From: a virus
Taxonomy: Duplodnaviria; Caudoviricetes
Virus record (IMG/VR): IMGVR_UViG_3300027770_000074
Coordinates: 1 to 52,492 of that record
Reading direction: 5' to 3' (one strand)
DNA: 52,492 nt
A program made the translations under genes and the position numbers. The notes beneath the pieces were generated by a model. That model saw nothing but the letters and a program-made list of their open reading frames with translations. It made no database searches and was not told where the DNA came from. Within the stretch, counting starts at the first letter, position 1. Each line of letters starts with the position of its first letter. Of the stretch, positions 39,001 to 46,998 are shown piece by piece.

Positions 39001-41556
39001 CTAAAGGAAAATTACACGACATCCAGATCCAATATTTCTAGAATAGTCCCTTATATTAATAAATGGGGTTACTCTGGAGGATTGGATGCTAGGGGTAACC
39101 AGTACAGATTAAATTCAAGCCCTGCATTCTCTCCGCTTAATTTTTCACCGAGCCTTGAAAGGATTTTACCCGATCCTAAATATCTTAATCATGAGTGGTT
39201 TTTATTAGAGCAACCCCCGATAGATTTTCCTGTAGAATTTATGAATTCACAAAAGAGCTATCTACCGGGTAAGATCGATCTAAATAAACTAATAGATGCT
39301 GATCCGGCGAATTCTTTATACACCTCATCTTATTTTACGGTTGAGCCTCAGGATTATTCCCAGGATTATAGGGATCTTAGATCTTACACCAAGGAATTGT
39401 TTACCCCTCTTGTTTATAATCAGGCATCTGGATATTATGAAACACTATTTAGAGGTGTTAAGGTTGTCTTCAAGAAGAGATCGTCACTTGCAAGTAGCGA
39501 AACCGATTCCTTAAATAGATATATTCAATTCTCTAGATCTTACGAGGGATATAACTTCTCCGCTATAATAAGAGCAATACCTGAAGATTCAACAACAATC
39601 CAATCCCCGATCAAATATCAATTTATAGAAAATACCCAACAGAAATTTATAGTTTTTATCTGCGATTTGGTAGTTAAAGACCAAAGGGTTTTTGAAATTG
39701 GATATACTGGAGGAACTGGTGGAAATCCTATACTTGATTATACTACACTATACTCAATGTCAGATAAAACTAAGCTGACATATCCTCTTTTTTCCGGACA
39801 GGATTTTACAACTATTGACACGATCAAATTAAGTTGTGGACTCGACCTTTCACTTTCGTCGGGTAGTTATGTAACTACAACATCTTCCGGAAGAATTAAC
39901 ATTGTAGAAAATCCAGATTATGACACTGATCTTAGGGAGGAGATTAATACATTTTTCGTGGAGAATACAGTTGGAGCCACTGCTGGTCTAAGTCCAACCG
40001 GGCTAGGAAGTTTTAATGTGCCTACTATATCTTCAACTTATCCATGGCCTATAGGAATTGGTCCTAAATTTGTACAATTCGGCCTGATCTCGACAACCTC
40101 GAATTATACTTTTTCTATACCTTTTGCAACAAGTACCCCTGCTGAGGTTCCTGTTGGCCCTTCATCTATTTATAAAACTTCTCCAGTTTTTCAGGTATCT
40201 GGGGGATCCAAATATTTTAGTTCCTTATTAAATAGAGTAACTGTTTCTTATATCTCTAAAATAGCCAATGCTAGATCACCATACATAAAATACAGAACAT
40301 TCTCATGGGATAGCCTAAATAGTGTAACTGTTGAAAAAAGTGACGACTTTGAGGTTTATTTTGAATCACCTACTAGGATACTTAAGCCGCTAGGAACCTC
40401 TTATTCCGAATCCTTCGAAGGACCTCAAGAGTTAAAGGGTAACTCTGTTGCTAGTAGCTATGTGTTGCGACCAAATCAGCCAAATCTTCCTTCAACTTTA
40501 CTGAGATATTCTGGTGGCTATGAGCCTCTTTTTAGAAAGGTTATTTTCTTTGACCTTGATAAATCAGATACAATATTTGGATCAGGCTCATTGATAGATT
40601 TATCTTTTAGAAATTGCAATTTCGCACCGAATAAGTACTACTTCGGGGTTTCAAGAAATTTATCATACACAAAGGTTTCACTTGGAAACCAAATTCTTGC
40701 ACTTTCTAGTAAATTCCCGGAGGGAGCAGTTTACCCTTTAATAAATCAAACCCCTATTGCGAAAAAAGATTTTAATTTATTCTCTTCTTCCTGGGACCCT
40801 GGATATTATGAAAGATATTTGAACGCTAAAGATTTTGAGAGAGTTGCAGGAACAAGGTCTATGACGGAGTATAATACATTCTTTGGGTCTAAAATAATGC
40901 AAACCCCTGACCCAGTTCTTTCCTATAATTATATTACACTCCAAATATCTAGAACAAGCGGAACTACCAGTGTTGAACAAATAAATAATGAAATATTTAG
41001 TGCAATATACCCTGTTCAGAATATTTCCTCTACTAACTCTGGAACTGGTGTAGGAAGAATTGGACCATATCTTTCACCTGTTGATTTCAATAAGATAGAT
41101 CCGAATATTTTTCCAAGTGCTGAAGTGATCTGGCAATATTTTCCTGATACCCTGACAGTATCTGGAACTCTTAGACTAGATAGAGTATTAAGAAGACAAT
41201 TATTGAATTCCGGCGTTAAGAAGGAGTTTATAAATAATATGATTTCGGATTTTGGTGTGGGTAATCCAGATTCTATTGATGACGACGTTATAGACTATAT
41301 AGAAGCAAATGTAGTTCCTATTTACGAGGGAAATCAGCTAAATCTGTACGTGAAAAAAAATGGGTCGGAAACACTAGACGTTAATCTTTTAATCAGAGGT
41401 GATATCTATAAATCTGATCTACTTACCTCTGGATATGTTTTAGATCCTAATTTTAAATTGACACAAAATAGTAATCTAATTTATGATTTCTCGTTTCAAC
41501 TTGAAAAATCTTATTCATATTCATTGCAGTTTAACTTTTATATTACTAAATTGTAA
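36073..41556 (+). CDS. Very large putative virion protein containing a CBM5/12-like module
   Basis: 1827 aa, rich in aromatic, Ser and Gly residues. YKGTWSNISGYTSGDVVLYNNNYFEA...W at 38035-38178. Confidence 0.6.
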   Translation: MSQSKLFDYNSSFALTRTNPKLSGNYKITLDSSGGVWFNSIDANQTLSDSRFKKYNITGENNLAKDLFNFFDQGQTSKDLVFEVSSSVKGETQSAENFSGQYDFFYGSGANVLADKNYTEDFRYFAPLWLKSEIPDFFVIFKTPGPLNYPYSQNATNISSGVVYKVIQDFDSDGNFVINYGKNAAGADVFYAAGETFIGNSNYTGYSIISGSGKIAIFDELAYISLSDDVQYTFENKILPNCSVIKTFDLRENTKIGKYIRQIFNNPGFSNSPIEVSWGLNSYSYFKGVSYADGVYTRKAELLTEFLSSSSSDPMIDFEDYVTSGFSRNGVICPNLLNLEFLFNDDESENFTINRYFGFYVSRNDFAKFRLNGNFFYEYRNIQGNENYPQPSINNVGYYDNNYSDVIAATSGVRIFYEDASGFLPGSDNVNLYDSNKIFYVTDKYDNFYTLKRSETYTQAGGSGPEYTYGPYDYSLGQFTATGSSGATSGSFVLGNSFVDLLSFTGNDDPIQKIGTVSAEKTKESGKAYIDIKFLKNYDLPNPLTFKIFWPNGSQKEGSRKFDIVRSGDFSAILRWVGGSYYSSGNSYYFNAETGTTGDVARAFSDVLKDVDDIIWDTGSNGNYSIIRVTSSGTFGNDNFSITAFDNYSAFTQVYKGTWSNISGYTSGDVVLYNNNYFEANINIPASSSSLNTEPGGTVWNPYNTFSSSGYVEICGVDASEITSNSLFRGGTILPNNRIIFPLSDSNIIQPGYFIPTVKGYVEVNQITRYVDSPIKSTDTEKVISFENFETLLVANLKNDYAEVDLGTDKSVSIYSTSNTGVGVFTFFDTKEFDFDFWSSDYSYNPNPETFRYFQILADTDGVIYPNSPYFVKSGQIVYSGTLYNQGQIFYGATGSTSFQNINPGPDSYPVVFPAQFSDVTFDSSATSYSNIGYYKDFEAFLGFIGIQDLFPGTLKQSASKEQAFELGKLATEYDYLKENYTTSRSNISRIVPYINKWGYSGGLDARGNQYRLNSSPAFSPLNFSPSLERILPDPKYLNHEWFLLEQPPIDFPVEFMNSQKSYLPGKIDLNKLIDADPANSLYTSSYFTVEPQDYSQDYRDLRSYTKELFTPLVYNQASGYYETLFRGVKVVFKKRSSLASSETDSLNRYIQFSRSYEGYNFSAIIRAIPEDSTTIQSPIKYQFIENTQQKFIVFICDLVVKDQRVFEIGYTGGTGGNPILDYTTLYSMSDKTKLTYPLFSGQDFTTIDTIKLSCGLDLSLSSGSYVTTTSSGRINIVENPDYDTDLREEINTFFVENTVGATAGLSPTGLGSFNVPTISSTYPWPIGIGPKFVQFGLISTTSNYTFSIPFATSTPAEVPVGPSSIYKTSPVFQVSGGSKYFSSLLNRVTVSYISKIANARSPYIKYRTFSWDSLNSVTVEKSDDFEVYFESPTRILKPLGTSYSESFEGPQELKGNSVASSYVLRPNQPNLPSTLLRYSGGYEPLFRKVIFFDLDKSDTIFGSGSLIDLSFRNCNFAPNKYYFGVSRNLSYTKVSLGNQILALSSKFPEGAVYPLINQTPIAKKDFNLFSSSWDPGYYERYLNAKDFERVAGTRSMTEYNTFFGSKIMQTPDPVLSYNYITLQISRTSGTTSVEQINNEIFSAIYPVQNISSTNSGTGVGRIGPYLSPVDFNKIDPNIFPSAEVIWQYFPDTLTVSGTLRLDRVLRRQLLNSGVKKEFINNMISDFGVGNPDSIDDDVIDYIEANVVPIYEGNQLNLYVKKNGSETLDVNLLIRGDIYKSDLLTSGYVLDPNFKLTQNSNLIYDFSFQLEKSYSYSLQFNFYITKL

Positions 41557-41558
41557 AA

Positions 41559-43151
41559 ATGCCAAATACAAATATTTTATCTTTAAATTATTCAGACAAT
41601 CAACCAGAAATTATTAGTAAGATCAATAATAATTTTGATGAAGTTGTAGAGTTTCATGGAGGCAGCCAGGGTTTAACCGGTCCTACCGGTGCTCAAGGAG
41701 CAATAGGTGAAAATGGACTGAGAGGAGAAGTTGGAGTTACCGGATCTCGTGGAACTAGATGGTTTGTGAACAACCCCGCACCTCTTGGAGGATCTGGCGA
41801 AGTTATAATAGAGGGTGACTATTGGATAGATTCAATTAACGGGGAGATCTACATTTTTACACAAAGCGGGTGGGCTGATACAACGTATAATCTTAACCCA
41901 TCCGGTGCTGTTTTTAGCTCACTTTTGAGCACATTTTCTCCTTCGATAGGAGGGACCGGACAAGCTATAGTTGAAAACCAGCTGTTTCCAAATAACTATA
42001 CATTCAATGTCTCTGACGTTACCCCAGAGTCTCAAATAATATCTGAATCTCTTTCTAAATTTCTCGTGTCTACTAATCCTTTAATAGATCCATACCCGCT
42101 CTTAGAATTTTCTAGAAGCAATTTAGAAAATGGTCAGATATCCGATTACTCCTTGCATCCCATATTCAGATGGTTTAATTTTACCTCGGGTGACAGCTCA
42201 CTAGTCTTAGAATCACCAGGAGGAAGTTTTAATATTGGAGCAAGCGGAGGATTTGAATCTAATTTTGGAGTATCTAACATAAATTCTTCCTCTAATTTTA
42301 CCATAGATTCATCTTCAGGCGCAAACTCTGGTATTTTTTCAACTGGGGGATTTCAATTTGTTGCTCCCTCTGGGGATTTATATTTTTCAAGCACACATTT
42401 TGGTATTACTGGTGGATCTGGTTATTTCTCTAAATCAGTAGGTATGACAGCTTATATAGAATCACAGATACCCATGGTTTATGTTTACTCTGCAGGAAGC
42501 ACCGGGTTTAAAAGTCAAAGATCTGGTGATACCTATAATACTTTGTCCAATTCTGTTTATCACCTAAAGCTAGAGAATAATATCGATACCCAGTTATATC
42601 TTAACACAAAAGGTAAACTGAAGATTAATAAAGTAACTGATGGAATCGCATATCCTAATAATTCAATCGGAGCTACAAGCACTTCCAATTTAAGATGGTA
42701 TTTCCTTTCTGTCCCAGGTAGTCCATCTCCATATACCCCGTTAACTTCGGGCAATACTATTATAATTTCTCCGGAGGGGACTACAACCTCTCAGGATGTT
42801 GGAATTTGTTTTGGTACAGACTCATATGGATGGGGATCTACTGGTACCATAAGGCCTTATCTGCAAAACGGTGAATCCATAGATGTAAATCTTTTTGTTG
42901 CAAATAATTCGATTGGTGGGTACTGGAATAACTCCTCTGGTGTTACTGCAAGCAATTCTTACGGGGTTAGGTATATTGGTTACGGTACAACTGGTTCTAT
43001 TAGTACCCAGGCAACTTTCCCTTTCAGAGCCCAAGCGATTGATTTTACTATAGCTAAGGGGGTTACTGGATCAAAATTGACTGTTTATTACAAAGCGTAC
43101 AATTGGGGAACAGGAGGGTATGGATGTTCCGGGGGGTATTTCACTTTTTGA
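41559..43151 (+). CDS. Fibre-like protein 1: gp9/gp10-like anchor, collagen-like segment, beta-rich body
   Basis: SDNQPEIISKINNNFDEV; 11 Gly-X-Y triplets (41661-41759) then W; GDYWID. Confidence 0.75.
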   Translation: MPNTNILSLNYSDNQPEIISKINNNFDEVVEFHGGSQGLTGPTGAQGAIGENGLRGEVGVTGSRGTRWFVNNPAPLGGSGEVIIEGDYWIDSINGEIYIFTQSGWADTTYNLNPSGAVFSSLLSTFSPSIGGTGQAIVENQLFPNNYTFNVSDVTPESQIISESLSKFLVSTNPLIDPYPLLEFSRSNLENGQISDYSLHPIFRWFNFTSGDSSLVLESPGGSFNIGASGGFESNFGVSNINSSSNFTIDSSSGANSGIFSTGGFQFVAPSGDLYFSSTHFGITGGSGYFSKSVGMTAYIESQIPMVYVYSAGSTGFKSQRSGDTYNTLSNSVYHLKLENNIDTQLYLNTKGKLKINKVTDGIAYPNNSIGATSTSNLRWYFLSVPGSPSPYTPLTSGNTIIISPEGTTTSQDVGICFGTDSYGWGSTGTIRPYLQNGESIDVNLFVANNSIGGYWNNSSGVTASNSYGVRYIGYGTTGSISTQATFPFRAQAIDFTIAKGVTGSKLTVYYKAYNWGTGGYGCSGGYFTF

Positions 43152-43159
43152 TATATAAT
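43150..43159 (+). promoter_or_regulatory. Putative late promoter GATATATAAT
   Basis: Overlaps the TGA of the preceding gene; 22 bp upstream of ATG 43182. Confidence 0.5.
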
Positions 43160-43181
43160 CTAGTAAAATCTAGTTCTAACG

Positions 43182-44899
43182 ATGCCTGACTTAAAACTTG
43201 TGAGAATTGAAAACGGTGACTCACAAAAAGTTTTTATAGACAAAATAAATCAAAACTTCAATAATATTTTGGGGTTTGGAGGAGGACCTTACGGTAAAGT
43301 TGGCCCTCAAGACCTCAGGGTCCAGCGGGGATCACAGGTCCAATCGGTTCTTTTGGAGACCCTGGAATCCGAGGCACCCTTTGGAATGTTGGTGCAACAC
43401 AGCCTTCTGCTACTGGATCTATATCTGGGGACTATTGGCTGAATGTGAACTCATCTAATAGAATCTACACATTCACAACAAATGGATGGGAAATAACAGA
43501 TTCAAGTATATCCTCTCAGGATTTATTTAGAATATCTGGACCTCTACAAACATCTTCCGGGGTAAGCTCTAAATACGGGTATTTCATAACACCAACAAAT
43601 CCTGAGAATTATAGTATTGTTTTGAATGATTCCACTTTCAACCCTGTGAGTAGCATTTACTCGTACAATCCACAGTATTCTAAGATGGTTATTTCAGTTA
43701 ATAATGTAATTAGTCCATCTAAAAGATTGATTGAATTTGGTAAAACAATTAATCAATCCTCTTCGATATCGTCAAAAAATCCTAATTTTTATTTCCTTAG
43801 TCCAGGAGCAACTGCTGGTCAATATGGACTTGGATTAAGCTCACAGGACGGACTTGAGATTAATGTAGGGACTTCTGATCTTAATCTTAACTCGAGAACC
43901 TCTTTTGTTAAATTTAATACCTCTGGATTTAATATAAATTTAAATTCATCTTTACCCCTTGCAGTAAATACCGCAGCGGGTAACATATACTTTAGTTTTG
44001 GTGGAACTGCTTATTTTTCTAATACTAATTTTAATTTAGATACAAATTACTATATTCCATTAAGCAGTAGTTTTTTCCAGACCAGCGCAACAGGAGCAAA
44101 TGCACCTCTGCTTATCCAAACAACGAATTCACAAACATCCAATATTAGACACAAATCTAATATTGGATCATCAAGAGAATCTTTTCTTTTAAGATCAACA
44201 GACGTTACTGATTCAGCATCTTCGAAGTCTATTTTTAATGTTTTTGGGAATGGAGATGTTTTGCTAAACAGATCAGTAAATTCTTTTGAGAGCTCAAAAA
44301 CAGTTACACTTTCCTCTACTTCTCCCGTAAATATAGGAGCTACCGCATCCGTTTACTGGGTTTCTATTTTACCTAGCATAGCTTTAACTGCAGCTGCTTC
44401 TTCTAGTTCTGCTGTTCTAAATAATGGAATAGATGTTGTTATAGATCCGGATAAATATGGACCTACTGATCAGATAGGTATTTCATTGTGGACCCCTTCA
44501 TCTTTTACATATGCTGCATCCCCTTTAAATAGCAATGGTGGATGGCTTTCTCTTTTAAATGAAAATGAATGTTTAACCGTTAGAGTTAAAATGGCTCACC
44601 CGGATAGATATTTTAGATTTCTTGGATTATCTACCGGAAACCAAACTTCAGCTCCTACCGGAACATTTGGTTCGACAGCGGGGAATGGACAATTTGTAGA
44701 TTTGTCAGGAAATATTGCATATGGAGCAACTCAGGTGGAGTTTACTATAATGAATATCTCAAACCCAGCAAGCACATCAGCGTCAAGATGGTTTAAAGTT
44801 TATTACTCTGCTTACGGGGGAAATCTGGGAGGATATTCTACTTGGGACGATACAACTAAATGCGGAACCCTTTATACATATAATTCAACACCTTTTTAA
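43182..44899 (+). pseudogene. Fibre-like protein 2, a single gene interrupted by a 1-nt frameshift near 43311 (sequence error or real lesion)
   Basis: Restoring one G (CAA GAC to CAA GGA C) joins ORF 43182 to ORF 43445 via GPQGPAGITGPIGSFGDPGIRGTLW...GDYWLNVNSSNR. This gives 572 aa colinear with both flanking paralogues. Confidence 0.85.
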
Positions 44900-44902
44900 A
44901 AA

Positions 44903-46720
44903 ATGCATTTTAACACTAAATATATTTTTCAGGGGGACGATAAAACAGAGATCGGTGGCAAGATCAATTATAATTTTGATCAGATACTTTCATTTGCTGT
45001 TGGTCCGAACGGTCATCAAGGGGAAAGAGGTCCAACAGGGATACCTGGACCAGCTGGAAAAAAAGGATTTATTGGCTCAAATGGGATAAGAGCAAACCGA
45101 TGGGTTACCAGTATCATCCAGCCATCTTCAGCATCCTCTATAGAGTATGATAAATGGGTCGATCAATCAACAAGCGATTATCAGATAAAAGAGTATAGTG
45201 CAACCGGATCTTGGAATTACACTGGATATAGCTTGTTCTCATCAAACTTTTTCAGGTCTTACTCCGGTGTATCTGGACCAGCTGGTGTTACGGATCGTTT
45301 TGCTATAGGTCTTTCCAATACTGGTATATTATCCCCGTATAACGAGAGCGGGACAAATTTAGTAATTAGTGACGCTACCCCAAGCGCTTCGAATTCAAAT
45401 CCAAATAATAGTAAGCTACTTGTAGTTACTGATGACCAAACAAGCATACCTATTTTTTCTTTTGTTAAATCAACAAATGTTGTTTCAGGAGCTCCTTCTT
45501 TTTATTGGTCATCTGCAGGGTCTTCTTTGAAACTTAAATTTCTATCCTCTTATAATTTTACCATCAATTCACTACTTGGTATTACCATAGATTCTGCTAC
45601 TTCTAGAACTTTGTTAACCGGTAATTCCATGAATATTTCAGCACCTTCCGGTTTTTATATTAATCACCCAGGTGACTTTTTTTTCAATTCTAATACTACT
45701 GTAGGATCTGGAAACTTTTTCTCAGTATCCTCCAGAAATTTTAGATTGGGATCATCTTCTCTGACATCTATAGCCCCTTTTAGAATCACAAGTTCTTCAG
45801 CTGGATTTGCTTTTAGCACAGATAAATATCCTGTATCCACCGGGACATCTTTTGGACTTGATATACAAACAACAAATTCGAGTCTATACCAGTTTCAATT
45901 TTTAGATTCTAATTCTGCAACTATTTTTGGAGCAATGCCAAGCGGCAATCTTACTGGGCAATACTCTCAAACATTTTTCGGATCTACTGGTGGATTAACC
46001 CCTGGGGGAACTGCTGGACCTTATTTTTACAAGGTTCAAAAATTTAGAGAAATCCGAAGCAGTAATTACTCAACCCAAAGCTGTGTTTCTTACGGGTCAC
46101 CTATACTTTTTTCTGGTAGCAATCTTTCAACACCTAGACAGAGTATTAGCCCTGTTTTGGATATAACCCCAATTCAAAATTGGGACACCAATTATATTAT
46201 AGTAACTCCTGGAAGTACCGGACCTTCAGTTTATTTATACGTTCCAACAATTCTTGAACCTACTCCTCCGCTTTTTTATAGAGATCAGAATAACACATAC
46301 CGTATTTTTATAAACGACATTTCACCAGTTGCATCATCACATATTCCCCCTAATTCTGACTCTAAGATCTTTGGTATTGTATGGGATTATTACCATTTCA
46401 CATCTTCTTCTAGTACAACCCCAGTGGTTGTGAAGATGTTTATGAATTTTCCGATCTCTAGAGATACAACAGCAGGTGCTTATACCGGGTTTGGCTGCAG
46501 CTATATAGATCTTACCTATTCTTATATCACAAGTAGCACCAATGCTAATCCTATAATTCTTTGGAAAACGTGCACTGGTAGCGCAGGTTTTATAAACATA
46601 ACAAACAAATATGCGGTTGGTTCAACCACACCACCTCCTAGAGCAACAACACTCCCACCTAGATTTGTAGGATTTTTAAGCGGGCCGATTGTTTTTACCG
46701 GAACCTTTACACCTGAATAA
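44903..46720 (+). CDS. Fibre-like protein 3: gp9/gp10-like anchor, collagen-like segment, beta-rich body
   Basis: GDDKTEIGGKINYNFDQI (cf. T4 gp10 GD.LRKGG.KINENFDEL); 10 Gly-X-Y triplets plus ANR, then W (45002-45103). Confidence 0.75.
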   Translation: MHFNTKYIFQGDDKTEIGGKINYNFDQILSFAVGPNGHQGERGPTGIPGPAGKKGFIGSNGIRANRWVTSIIQPSSASSIEYDKWVDQSTSDYQIKEYSATGSWNYTGYSLFSSNFFRSYSGVSGPAGVTDRFAIGLSNTGILSPYNESGTNLVISDATPSASNSNPNNSKLLVVTDDQTSIPIFSFVKSTNVVSGAPSFYWSSAGSSLKLKFLSSYNFTINSLLGITIDSATSRTLLTGNSMNISAPSGFYINHPGDFFFNSNTTVGSGNFFSVSSRNFRLGSSSLTSIAPFRITSSSAGFAFSTDKYPVSTGTSFGLDIQTTNSSLYQFQFLDSNSATIFGAMPSGNLTGQYSQTFFGSTGGLTPGGTAGPYFYKVQKFREIRSSNYSTQSCVSYGSPILFSGSNLSTPRQSISPVLDITPIQNWDTNYIIVTPGSTGPSVYLYVPTILEPTPPLFYRDQNNTYRIFINDISPVASSHIPPNSDSKIFGIVWDYYHFTSSSSTTPVVVKMFMNFPISRDTTAGAYTGFGCSYIDLTYSYITSSTNANPIILWKTCTGSAGFINITNKYAVGSTTPPPRATTLPPRFVGFLSGPIVFTGTFTPE

Positions 46721-46728
46721 AAAAATTA

Positions 46729-46738
46729 AATATATAAA
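46729..46738 (+). promoter_or_regulatory. Late-promoter-like motif AATATATAAA
   Basis: Immediately abuts ATG 46739. Confidence 0.3.
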
Positions 46739-46978
46739 ATGAAGAAAATAAATGGGGTAGATCAAGCTAAAATTTTAAAAATTTCTAAAAAATATTTAGA
46801 AATTCATCAAAACATTTCTATAGTAGAAAAAAAAATGCAGGATCTCCAGAATTTATCATCAAAGCTTATCAGTGAGCTTGAAGATTGCAGAAATGAGGAA
46901 AATAATTTAATGGGGGATATGGAAAAAACTTACGGAACTGGAAAATTAAATCCACTAAGTTTTTGCTGGGAAAAATAA
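46739..46978 (+). CDS. Small coiled-coil protein, possibly a fibre chaperone
   Basis: 79 aa with heptad-like pattern, ending YGTGKLNP; follows the fibre genes. Function inferred. Confidence 0.6.
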   Translation: MKKINGVDQAKILKISKKYLEIHQNISIVEKKMQDLQNLSSKLISELEDCRNEENNLMGDMEKTYGTGKLNPLSFCWEK

Positions 46979-46998
46979 AATAGGAAATAATTTATAAG

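Noticed and set aside
43276-43458. 60-aa ORF, and treating 43182..43442 and 43445..44899 as separate genes
   Set aside because: Better explained as one frameshifted gene; the 60-aa ORF is in the third frame.
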